Shown here piece by piece: positions 11,854 to 21,904 of a DNA stretch of 41,016 nt. Below the pieces are notes generated by a model. It was not told the DNA's origin. It was given only the letters and a program-made list of their open reading frames with translations, and made no database searches. This stretch comes from Octopus bimaculoides (Eukaryota). The stretch is from the NCBI RefSeq assembly GCF_001194135.2, contig NC_069000.1, forward strand, positions 44,074,263 through 44,115,278, in the 5' to 3' direction. The position numbers and the translations under genes were made by a program. Numbering within the stretch: the stretch's first letter is position 1; each line of letters opens with the position of its first letter.

Positions 11854-12618
11854 NNNNNNNNNNNNNNNNNNNNNNNNNNNNNNNNNNNNNNNNNNNNNNN
11901 NNNNNNNNNNNNNNNNNNNNNNNNNNNNNNNNNNNNNNNNNNNNNNNNNNNNNNNNNNNNNNNNNNNNNNNNNNNNNNNNNNNNNNNNNNNNNNNNNNNN
12001 NNNNNNNNNNNNNNNNNNNNNNNNNNNNNNNNNNNNNNNNNNNNNNNNNNNNNNNNNNNNNNNNNNNNNNNNNNNNNNNNNNNNNNNNNNNNNNNNNNNN
12101 NNNNNNNNNNNNNNNNNNNNNNNNNNNNNNNNNNNNNNNNNNNNNNNNNNNNNNNNNNNNNNNNNNNNNNNNNNNNNNNNNNNNNNNNNNNNNNNNNNNN
12201 NNNNNNNNNNNNNNNNNNNNNNNNNNNNNNNNNNNNNNNNNNNNNNNNNNNNNNNNNNNNNNNNNNNNNNNNNNNNNNNNNNNNNNNNNNNNNNNNNNNN
12301 NNNNNNNNNNNNNNNNNNNNNNNNNNNNNNNNNNNNNNNNNNNNNNNNNNNNNNNNNNNNNNNNNNNNNNNNNNNNNNNNNNNNNNNNNNNNNNNNNNNN
12401 NNNNNNNNNNNNNNNNNNNNNNNNNNNNNNNNNNNNNNNNNNNNNNNNNNNNNNNNNNNNNNNNNNNNNNNNNNNNNNNNNNNNNNNNNNNNNNNNNNNN
12501 NNNNNNNNNNNNNNNNNNNNNNNNNNNNNNNNNNNNNNNNNNNNNNNNNNNNNNNNNNNNNNNNNNNNNNNNNNNNNNNNNNNNNNNNNNNNNNNNNNNN
12601 NNNNNNNNNNNNNNNNNN
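11854..12618. other. Assembly gap expected to hold the rest of the APP TM exon and possibly the last coding exon
   Basis: 765 N directly continuing the TM reading frame. Confidence 0.85.
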
Positions 12619-12694
12619 AGACGGCCACACCGCCAATGGCAATGCCAACCACGCTGTTGGCTGGGCTGTTGTTGTACAGGTGGTCAAGAGAAAC
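12619..12694 (-). CDS. APP: APP-like exon, partial (juxtamembrane and start of the TM helix): VSLDHLYNNSPANSVVGIAIGGVAV; runs into an N-gap
   Basis: Acceptor ttgcag|GTT, phase 0. VVGIAIGGVAV matches APP [11 protein letters not shown]. Truncated by the gap at 11854-12618. Confidence 0.9.
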
Positions 12695-13489
12695 CTGCAA
12701 CGAAAAAATAAACAGGAGAGAAAGATGAAGGCAGTTATAAAAAAAGATTATGCAGGACTTACAGAAATGAAGTTTGGGTCAACCCACAACGTTACTCACC
12801 AAAAACTTTAGCAAACCAACACATGTCAAAACGTTAACATTACTAGACTTATTGTTCAGTGTTGACTGGAATATCTATATGTTGGGTTCATGGAATTGTT
12901 TGCCAGTTTGTAGAATGGGAATTCATGGTACTTATGCATGTATATATATATATATTTAAGCTAACTTCTGGACTTATCTAATTGGAACTGTCCAAACAAA
13001 AGTAATCAATTTACATCAGTAGAAGCCTTTTTCTTTTTTAACAATTTTTATCCTGAAAATCACCTGTTACTTTTGTTCTGAAGTGAAAGATGTATGAACA
13101 TGTATATGAAATGGACGTGAGAGAGAGAGAGTGCCACTTATACATGAGAACATGCACATTCACTCACTCTCTCTCTTTCTCACACATGCATACGAACATA
13201 CAAAAAATATGTACGCATATGTTTTCCACTTGGCTACAATAACCTTCTGGCTGCTGGTCAAGCTTTGCTTTGTTCATTATCCAATGTCCTACTGCCAATG
13301 TCTTCCATCATATCCCTGCCATAGGAAGCTGAGGGGTTGCTAGCACCTGCCCAAGGTGCCACCCTAGTCTATAGACAGAAGGAGTAACTTATTCTCCCTT
13401 TTACAGCCTGTTGTTGATGTGGGTGCCATACACACACACCCACATCTACATACACTAAACTGGGCAGTGAGGGGCTTGAACAGGTTCAA

Positions 13490-13960
13490 TTGTACAAGTG
13501 TCACGGAACCTAAATCTCTGATGAAGTCACATGTAAGAAAAGAATTTGGACATAGCAAGAAAATCCATGGAAAAGCTTAATTCTAGACCAGCAAAGATGT
13601 CCCAACTAAGTGAGAAACAAGGCTAGTGCAAATGCTCATTTGGCCAATGAGCTTTTATGGTTACAAAGCATGGGCTCTGGACAAATTTGAAGAGAACATA
13701 CTCAATGCGTTTGAAATGTGGAGATGTGTAGGAGAATGTTACGAGTCCTTTACAAAGATCGTCAGACAAATGAATGAGAATGAGTGAGAACAAGGAGGTG
13801 AAAGATGACAACTCCTAAACATTGAGAAAGAACAAAAGCTTATCTATTATGGCCTTATTCAAAGAAGTAGAGGCTTGGAAAACATAATCATGGAAGGAAG
13901 AGGCAAGCAAAGAATGCAACGAATGGACAATATCAGGGGAATGGTTGGACAAGAATATGG
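13490..13960 (+). mobile_element. Decayed RTE-like LINE fragment (ORF C-terminal region)
   Basis: Frameshifted peptides such as ARKSMEKL, TSKDVPTK*ETRLVQMLIWP, LNAFEMW, KLIYYG and IMEGR resemble the post-RT region of RTE-clade LINEs. Confidence 0.65.
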
Positions 13961-14103
13961 AAAACGTGCAATTAATCACAATGACATTCATTATTGTATC
14001 ATCAATGCACTGCAGGCGTGTGATACACAATGATGACAATACATACAAACACACACATGTATACATACCCACACAAACAAACATACATACATACGCAAAC
14101 ATA

Positions 14104-14328
14104 CAGGAGGGGGGTGCTAAAAAGTTCCTGGCTTCAAGGGTATCGTGAAAGAACTGGTTGGAGGCCCAACCACCTCAAGTTCTTTTACAGGGCTTAGGAA
14201 ACCTGAAGGACCACTGCAATAAGTGTGTGAATCTGAAAGGGGGAATATGTTGAATAAAATCATAATTAACCGATCCTCCTGAATTTTCTTTTACCTAAAG
14301 CCAGGAACTTTTCAGCACCCACCTCACA
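14104..14328 (+). mobile_element. Tc1/mariner-derived MITE
   Basis: Imperfect ~28-30-bp TIRs (gggtgctaaaaagttcctggctt / aagccaggaacttttcagcaccc) with TA at both ends. The interior decodes to GLGNLKDHCNKCVNLKG(fs)EYVE*, resembling a mariner transposase C-terminus. Confidence 0.8.
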
Positions 14329-14413
14329 TATACACACACACATAAACGCATATACAAAGCATGTATATATATATACATAGTTATCGATATAGGTAAGAAT
14401 AAAAAGGCCGTAC

Positions 14414-14685
14414 CTGCTCAGCGATGAATGGTTGCTGACCAGAGTGAGCGTGGTACTTGGGACGATTTTGCTGAACATGTTCATGCGCTGCATGTTCAAT
14501 ATAAGTAGGACGTTCATCTTCTATGGACTCAGAGTCAAAGATGGGAGGTCTCTCCTCCAACAGCTGCTGCTGCTGCTGCTGTGATGGTTGTTGTTGTTCT
14601 GGTTGTTGTTCCTGCTGTTGTTCTTCTGGCTCGTCTGGTTCAGCTTTGGTTGGTTTAACCTTGTCGTCAATCTCAGTCACAGCTT
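14414..14685 (-). CDS. APP: APP-like exon (Gln/Glu-rich stalk): EAVTEIDDKVKPTKAEPDEPEEQQQEQQPEQQQPSQQQQQQLLEE...PFIAEQ
   Basis: Acceptor gtaatcag|AA and donor CAG|gtacgg; 272 nt, phase 1/0, open frame that links to the transmembrane exon. Confidence 0.85.
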
Positions 14686-14940
14686 CTGATTACAACAAAC
14701 AATAAATAAGGCACTTTTTTTTTGTGTGATAAGGAGACAGGGGACTTGAGACCAAATTTTAAAAAACCCAACACTTTATTCGACATTCCCAGAAATTCTT
14801 ACTGAGAAATATCAAAACACAGTTTTTAAAATAAACTTATTTTCCCCCTAAACTGGTGACAGTATTAAATGATATGACAGGGGCCAAAGATACTGTCAAG
14901 TTCAGTAGTACTTAACTTTTTTAATATTTGATGTTTATCT

Positions 14941-15226
14941 TTTACTTGCTTCAGTCATTTGACTGGGGCCATTCTGGAGCACTGCCTTTAGTCAAACAAA
15001 TTTTTTGTAAGCCTAGTACTTATTCTATTGGTATTTTTTATTGAACTGCTAGGTTATGGGGACATAAACACACTGACTTCTTCCAGTTTCCGTTGACCAA
15101 ATCCACTCACAAGGCTTTGGTTGGCCTGACGCTATAGTAAAAGGCATTTGCCCAAGGTGCCACACAGTGGGACTGAACCTGGAACCATGTGGTTGGTAAG
15201 CAAGCAAACAACTTACCACACAGCCG
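14941..15226 (-). mobile_element. SINE family B (internally deleted)
   Basis: Reverse complement of the 30312-30667 element (tcagtcatttgact...aaatccactcacaaggc...ttaccacacagcc). Confidence 0.75.
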
Positions 15227-15413
15227 CTAATGTGGCAACAATGACATTATCAGCAACTGTGACAACAGTGACACCCATTCAGCCTCAGTTGCCATGCAAA
15301 CCACAACACCACCTGACCTCAGTTACCATAGCAACCAGATCATTATCTGGCCTCGGCAATCACAGCAACCCCAACACCATGCAGCTTCAGTTGTCTCACA
15401 TCCCAAAACTTAC

Positions 15414-15554
15414 CGTCATCATCATCATCGTCGTCATCAGAATAATCCTCGGATTTCTCATTTTCAGCAGGGGTCTCTTCTGGAGCAGGGTCTTCATGAA
15501 GGAGGTACTTCATGGAGTTAGCATTAATTCCTTGGAATTTAGCCAAAAATTGTT
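15414..15554 (-). CDS. APP: APP-like exon (post-E2 acidic stalk): EQFLAKFQGINANSMKYLLHEDPAPEETPAENEKSEDYSDDDDDDDD
   Basis: Acceptor tttgcag|AA and donor GACG|gtaagt; 141 nt, phase 1/1, fitting both neighbours. Low-complexity, so supported mainly by splice sites and phase. Confidence 0.85.
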
Positions 15555-16344
15555 CTGCAAAATTAAAGAGGACAAAAGAATTGAAAAGGTGGAAGAAGAA
15601 GAAAACAAAGACAGTTGGCTGGAGACATCTGAACAGAATTCCCACCCTAAATATAATATAAAACATTATAGGTTGTAATAAAAATAATTCATTCTAATTT
15701 TGATACAAGGCCAGAAATTTTTGAGGGGAGAGGCAAGTTGATTACACTGACTACAGTACTTGACTGGTACGTTATTTTATCAACTCCATAAGGACGAGAG
15801 GTAAAGTTGACTTAAGTGGGATTTGAACTCCGAAGATAAAGAGCTAGAATGCCACAAAGTATTGATGATGAATTCCAATATTTTAAATCTGGGTTTGTCC
15901 CCGTTAACTGGGGTGGTCAAATCTCTCTCACTCTTACAGCAACCGCTCTCACATCATCTCGCCATCTTGCCCAGTTTTGAGTATCCTCCCTCCTCAAGCC
16001 AACCCTTCCAATCTCCTCCTCCACCTGTCCCCTCCATGTTTCCTTTGGTCGACCTTGCTTTCACGGTTTATTCACTTTAAACTCAAGCACTCTCCTCAGA
16101 ACATGATCCTCATCCCTCCTCAACACGTCCATACCACTGCACACCATTTGCCCCTGCCAGCTTTTCCACTGATTCCTCCAACCCCAGCATCCCCATCAAG
16201 TCCTCAGCCCTCCTTTTATCCAATAGTTTCACACACAACACATTGCTCTCTCGGTCCTTCTCAAAATTGTCATCTTGCTTTCCCGCAGACTCCCATACAG
16301 CATTGCAGATCTCACTTGAATAATAACCCTTTCTATTATGGACA

Positions 16345-16940
16345 CAGGACATAAAGGCCTGAAATTTGGAATGGTGAGGTAGTTGATTACATTGAAAGGA
16401 TGAAGAGCAAAGTTGACCACAGCAGAATTTGAACTCAAAACTTAAAGAAGGACAAACTGCTGCTAAACTTCTTGTCCAGCATGCTAATCACTCAGCCAGT
16501 TCGCAGCCTTAACAATAATAATAATAATCCTTTCTATTAAAGGCACAAGGCCGGAAATTTTGAGGAGGAGACTAGTTGATTATATCGTCCCCAGTGTTTC
16601 ACTGGTACTTAATTTATCAACCCCAAAAGGATGAAGGGCAAAGTCAACCTCGGTGGAATTTGAACTCAGAACTTGAAGGACGAAATACCACTAAACATTT
16701 TGCCTGGCATGCTAAAGATTTTGCCAATTCACTACTATAATGATAATAATAATTAGTTTTAAATTTGGCACAAGGCTAGAAATTTTGTGGGGAGAAGGAT
16801 AAATGATTGTATTAACCCCAATTCTCTACTGGTACTTGTTTTATTGACACCCCAACAAAGATGAAAGGCAAAGTTCACCTCTGCACAATTTGAGCTCAAA
16901 AAATATAAGAAGAAACACAACCAAACATTTTGTCTGAAGT
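16345..16940 (-). mobile_element. Three tandem SINE family A copies in an APP intron
   Basis: Three repeats of (a/g)caaggcc/t...gatgaa(g/a)ggcaaagt...atttga(a/g)ctca separated by (aat)n stretches. Confidence 0.75.
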
Positions 16941-17063
16941 TCAACAAAGTCAATCCGTGTTTTATTACATATTGCACTCTACTTCTTCTTCTTCTTGTAT
17001 AATGATGATAATAAAAATAGATAGAAGATATTAAAACCTGTTTTAGCAGGACGGGAAACTTAC

Positions 17064-17292
17064 CAACTTTGGGTCGTACCTGACGGTCGACTTCAGAGTC
17101 TCTCTTGAGCCAATCAATCATACGACGGATTCGTTCATCAATGAGGTTCAAGTGTTCAATGACACGCTCTCGGATGTTGCTTGCTTCCTTTGGATCAGTG
17201 TCGTGCAAGTGTTGGTAGTGTTTGATGGCATGGGTGCGGTCCTTCTGTTCCACTCTGATGTAGGCGATAGCAGTCTTCTCAATCCTGCGGAC
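17064..17292 (-). CDS. APP: APP-like exon (E2 C-terminal part): VRRIEKTAIAYIRVEQKDRTHAIKHYQHLHDTDP...VDRQVRPKV
   Basis: Acceptor aacag|GTC and donor GTTG|gtaagt; 229 nt, phase 0/1. YIRVEQKDRTHAIKHY matches APP YVRAEQKDRQHTLKHF. Confidence 0.96.
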
Positions 17293-17299
17293 CTGTTGT

Positions 17300-17875
17300 T
17301 TTGGAAGATAAGAGGAGGATTAAGGACAACTGCAGAGGGACTGAAGACGGCGAGACTGAGGGGCGACGACGGAGGGATTCGGGATGACATTATATAGATG
17401 GATTAAAGGATATGACAGTTTGGTGGATTGANNNNNNNNNNGGGGGGGGGACTGAGGGAGACAACAGACGGGGGTAATTGAGGGAGACAATAGACGGGGG
17501 ATCTGAGGGAGACGACAGAAGGGTGAATTTAGGGAGAAGATGGATAGATTAAGGGAGAAGACAGATGGGTTAAGGCAACAGACAGAAGGGTTAAGACGAC
17601 AGACAGATGGATTAAGATGACAGACAGATGGATTAAGACGACAGACAGATGGATTAAGATGACAGACAGATGATCTAAGACAAGAGGAAGATGGATTAAG
17701 ACAAGAGGAAGATGGATTAAGACAAGAGGAAGATGACAGGAAGGTTATTAGAGATGACAAAATGATTACAGAAAACAATAGAATGAGAAAGATTAAGGGA
17801 AGCAATAGAAGGATTGAGGAAGGCGACAGAAGGATTAAATAGGTGGATTAATGAAGACAACAGATGGGTTAAATT
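17300..17875. repeat. 21-nt minisatellite with 25-26-nt variants filling an APP intron
   Basis: Unit starts at 17529, 17550, 17571, 17592, 17613, 17634, 17655, 17676, 17697 and 17718 (exact 21-nt period; e.g. taagatgacagacagatggat). Confidence 0.9.
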
Positions 17876-17920
17876 GACACAAACACACAGACACCCATTT
17901 CAAGTGCGAGGGTGGCTTAC

Positions 17921-18079
17921 CTTCAGAGGGGATTCATCCAGGTAAGACTGAAGGGCTTTCATTAGGTTCCTCTTCTTTACATTGATGTTACTCTGCACAC
18001 GTTGTTGGTGAATAGCAATGAGTTGTTTCTTCTCAAGGATGGTCTCTTGTCCGTATGCCTTGTAAATCTTGTTGTAGCG
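17921..18079 (-). CDS. APP: APP-like exon (E2): RYNKIYKAYGQETILEKKQLIAIHQQRVQSNINVKKRNLMKALQSYLDESPLK
   Basis: Acceptor ccctcag|CGC and donor AAG|gtaagc; 159 nt, phase 0/0. EKKQL...HQQRV matches APP ERQQL...HMARV. Confidence 0.94.
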
Positions 18080-18559
18080 CTGAGGGAGGGGGGAAAGGTG
18101 CAGCAACAGCAGCAGCAACAAGGGAGAAATAAAAGAGACAAAATGTTTCAAGTTAAACAGCAGCAGAAACCAAGCTCTAAAATATGGCTAAATAGAACAT
18201 ATATACATATATATAATTTACCAAAACATTGGAGTGAAATTAATAACTTGCCAACAAGTTCACTGTATTTCTTTCTTTTACTACATAATATAAGTTTTAC
18301 CAACATAGACTAAGCCCAACCTCTGATCATATTTAAAGACAGACTCAATTCCCTTTCTTTCTTAAAGTTTTGTGGGCTCATAGGACAAACACTTATCAGA
18401 TATCTAGAGAGGACCGTTTTCTTCTCTAGATATCTGATGACAAGGGTTCATATCATGGACCTATGAAATTTTAAACAACATGGAGTTAAATTGTTATTCA
18501 ATAATATATGTTGTTGTTATTATTTGTTTCTTCTTGAGCCACCCCTGGCTCATAAGGGC

Positions 18560-18796
18560 CGGTTTCCCAGTTTCATTGGCGAACAAGTTCCCCACCTGGA
18601 CTGGACGCCAGTCCATCACAGGAGGAAAGAGCGAAAGAAAAATTGTGGCAAAAGAGTCAGCAGAAGTGTGTCATTACCTTCTGCCAGAGCCGCGTGGAGC
18701 TTAAGTGTGTCGTTCATAAATACACACATCGTCGGGTCTGAGATTCGAACCTGCAATCCCTCGACTGTGAGTTTGCTGCTCTAACCACTAGGCCAG
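18560..18796 (-). mobile_element. tRNA-headed SINE of a further family (a similar head occurs at ~1150-1350)
   Basis: Reverse complement begins tggcctagtggttagagc...gcaggttcgaatc (A and B boxes). Confidence 0.55.
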
Positions 18797-18973
18797 TGCT
18801 TTGAAATACTGGTATGACTGTATTTTTGCCAGCTGGGTGGACAGGAACAATGGGATTATAAAAAGTGTCTTGCTCAAGGAAACCTGCTTCACTTAATGAG
18901 TGGGAGCTGAGTAAGAACCAAGTCCCATGAGAAGCAAAGGTAATGAAGAGAAAAAAAGGGTGATGGAACCTAC

Positions 18974-19069
18974 CTCTGTAAGTTCCTTGTTCAGTTGCAT
19001 AGCCTGTTTGGGGTCAGTTTTCTTCATTTCACGGACACGTTCACGGGCATTCTTCCATTCTTTCATCAT
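18974..19069 (-). CDS. APP: APP-like exon (E2): MMKEWKNARERVREMKKTDPKQAMQLNKELTE
   Basis: Not in the ORF track; read manually. Acceptor ttccag|ATG and donor GAG|gtaggt; 96 nt, phase 0/0, no stop codons. MKEW matches APP VMREW. Confidence 0.93.
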
Positions 19070-19295
19070 CTGGAACGAAAAAAAAAAAAGTTGATGTAGA
19101 GAGAGAGGAAGACAAAGAGAGAGAGGAAGACAGGGTGAGAGTGAGAAAGAGGGAGAAAGACAGCAGGAGAGAGAGTGAGAAAGAGCTTTGACTTGTCAAA
19201 CTTTATTAAAGATGATAGCATGTGGTCTATGGCAAATGAATATGATGTGAACCACACACAAAAAAAAATATAGCCAGAAAATAGTTGATGACTCA

Positions 19296-19640
19296 TGTCA
19301 TCATCATTTAATGTCCGTTTTCTATGCTGGCATGGGTTGGACGGTTTGACAGGGGTCTGGGAAGCCAGGAGGCTGCACCAGGCTCCAGTCTGATCTGGCA
19401 AAGTTTCTACAGCTGGATGTCCTTCCTAACGCCAACCACTCTGAGAGTGTAGTGGGTGCTTTTTTACATGACACCGGCACAGGGGCCGGAGGGGTCTAGC
19501 ATCGACCACTATCAGATGGTGTGTTTTACGTGCCACTGGCACGGAAGCCAGTCAAAGCAGCGCTGGCATCGGCCACGTCCGGGTGGTGCTTGTTTACATG
19601 CCACCGGCACGGGGATCACAATTACAATTTCCATTTGAAT
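19296..19640 (+). mobile_element. Interspersed repeat family C (representative copy)
   Basis: Motifs ccatgctggcatgggttggac and ggatgcccttcctaacgccaacca recur at ~4010, ~4375, ~20710, ~21195, ~27545 and ~40515. Class not determined. Confidence 0.65.
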
Positions 19641-20071
19641 GTAATATAAGACTAAATTTTCTGAGATACCAGAAGTTATATCATATCTACAGCTGCATAA
19701 AATAATGGTTGTATTAAAAAATAGCTAAATATAATTGTGTTGCAAAGATAATGAAGAAAAAGAAAGTCAATATCTAATATTTTAATCTTTTCTGGCAAGA
19801 ATGAGACAACTTTGGGTATGTTTCTGCCTTATTCTGACATTATCAGTCAAGTCCAGCCTTCATTGTAACTTCCAAAACTGTTGACAGAATCATAGAATAA
19901 GATGTATAGAAAAAAGACAGACAAACAGACAGACCAAGAGATGGCTAAGTCATCATCATCACCATCGTTTGATGCTTGCCTTCCATGCTGGTATGGGTGG
20001 GTGGGTTGGTTTGTCAGGAGCCTGCAGCAGACATATATATTAGAGGAAGGTTTGCTGGAAACCATACATAC

Positions 20072-20274
20072 CTTGGTGTTCCTCTCCACCTCCACCTGTT
20101 GCATCACTTTTTCAGCAGCCTTGAATTTCTCGTGTTCGTTACTGTATTTGCCCAGATACTGGGAGTCACCCTTCAGGTAGGCAGTGTAGTCGTTTAGGGA
20201 GCTCTCGGGTTTCTTGATGCTGGCAGGGGTTGAGGGAGTGGTTTCAACATCTTCGTCCATATCGGAACTATGTT
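20072..20274 (-). CDS. APP: APP-like exon (E1-E2 linker and start of E2): EHSSDMDEDVETTPST...YSNEHEKFKAAEKVMQQVEVERNTK
   Basis: Acceptor ttcag|AA and donor AAG|gtatgt; 203 nt, phase 1/0. NEHEKFKAA corresponds to APP NEHAHFQKA. Confidence 0.92.
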
Positions 20275-20297
20275 CTGAAGGGGAAAAAAAGAGAGAA

Positions 20298-20331
<34 letters not shown>

Positions 20332-20489
20332 AATAATAATTAAAAGTAATAATAGTTTGCTTTTAAGATCTTTTGTTATTGTTCTCGGCTGTGTTTCTTT
20401 TGGTCAGCCAGGTCTTCTTTTACCTTGTGGAACCCATTGTAAAGCAATCCTGACAATTGAGCTTACAGTGGCAAACTCGATCCGGCCAT

Positions 20490-20699
20490 TTCCATCTCTT
20501 TATCAAATGTATTACTTATTTATTCACATTGTTTTGAATTAATCACACATTATCTGGTAGCTTCAAGATTTCAATGAGGTATTTGTATATTTGTATATTT
20601 TTACAATGACATTGTAGGATAGGTGTGAAAGGTTGGAGATGGTCAGTTTTAACATAAATAGATAGAATATTAGGGTTGGATAAAATGCAAAAGGATTAA
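20490..20699. mobile_element. Probable second TTAA-type MITE (left end decayed)
   Basis: Ends aaatgcaaaaggattaa; its internal tcaaatgtattacttattta matches tcaaatgtaattcttattta at ~40838, which follows ttaaaccctttagcatt. Confidence 0.5.
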
Positions 20700-21872
20700 T
20701 GTCCACTTCATCATGCTGGCATGGGTTAGACAAAATTTGATGAGGCAAATTTTCTACAGATGGATGCCCTTCCAGTTACTAATCCTTATTTGTTTCCAAG
20801 CAAGATGATATTTCACAAAGCACTGGAAGCAAATGATACTGGCTGTTTGTATGACATTGGCTTGCTTACAGATATCACACAATGTCAAGAGAAGACGACA
20901 CAAACGCACAAAAACACACACGAGACCTTTGGAGATATGCCATACTTGAGAGGATCTGTCAAGCCAAGTGAAACTGTAGTCATGGCTGATGCTGATGTCA
21001 TATAGCAGGCACCTGTGCTGGTGGCATGTAAAAAGCACCCTTTGAACGTTGGGCCACACGGAGGTGATAAGTGACTGAGACCTTTGGCAATGCCAAGCTC
21101 GAGAAGAAGACCCATCAAGCCAAGTGAAACCGTAGTTGTGGGTGATGCCGGTGTCACGTAACTGGCACCCATTACACTCTTGGAGTGGTTGGCATTAGGA
21201 AGGGCATCCAGTTGCAGAAACCAGGCCAAATCAAATTGGAACCTGATGCAGCTCTCCAGCTTAACAGTTTTCAGTAAAACCATGTAACCCATGCCAACAT
21301 GCAAAGCAGATGCTAAATGAGGATGATGATGATGATGATACATGTATACATATATGCTTATATGCATGCATATGTGTGTATATATATATATATATGGGCT
21401 TCTTCCAGTTTATATATACCAAATCCACTCTCACAGGGCCTCAGTGGACCCAGGGTAGTAGCAGCAGACACTTGTCCAAACTACCACGGAGTGGGACTGA
21501 ACCCAAAACCATGCGGTCGGGAAGCAAACTTCTTAACCACAAAGCCATACCTCCTCCTATGAGCAGGCTACATCCTGTACTGCAACACCCACCACCACAA
21601 CCACTACCAACAACAACAACAATTTTAGTTGGTGAGATGAATTAACAGTGTTAAAATTCTTTTTTAAATAAAGGCTTTGTTCTGTTATAGTTAATTAAAG
21701 AATCACCATCGTAATAGTTACTTACTATTAACATTAATCATTATAATTGCTATCATCATCATCGTCGTCGTCGTCGTCCTTATTAAAGCCACCATCACCA
21801 ACCTCCCCATCACCACTACCACCATCCATTATAAACATCATCATAATGTTCATCATTTTCAACATCAACACT

Positions 21873-21904
<32 letters not shown>

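Noticed and set aside
5800-12711. Long ORFs (198-333 aa) spanning runs of X; similar ones at 21905-22594 and 31070-31676
   Set aside because: They are open only because N bases contain no stop codons. Only the first ~25 codons of 11699..12700 are real (APP TM exon).
13518-13540. CTGATGA heptamers outside the repeat family (also ~7169, ~18434 and ~33604)
   Set aside because: No stem II followed by GAAA, so these are not hammerhead cores.
15148-15678. 176-aa plus-strand ORF
   Set aside because: It starts within a SINE and overlaps an APP exon in antisense; no recognisable domain.
17074-17085. Internal CAG|GTACGA cryptic donor in an E2 exon
   Set aside because: It is weaker than the GTAAGT donor 16 nt further on, and its use would shift the frame.
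17320-17805. 161-aa ORF with LNPSVC(H/R) heptad repeats
   Set aside because: It is a translation of the intronic 21-nt minisatellite, out of frame with the upstream exon, and it spans an N-gap.
17300-17875. CRISPR-like interpretation of the regular repeats (also 6937-7306)
   Set aside because: There are no unique spacers between identical repeats, no cas genes, and the context is eukaryotic and intronic.
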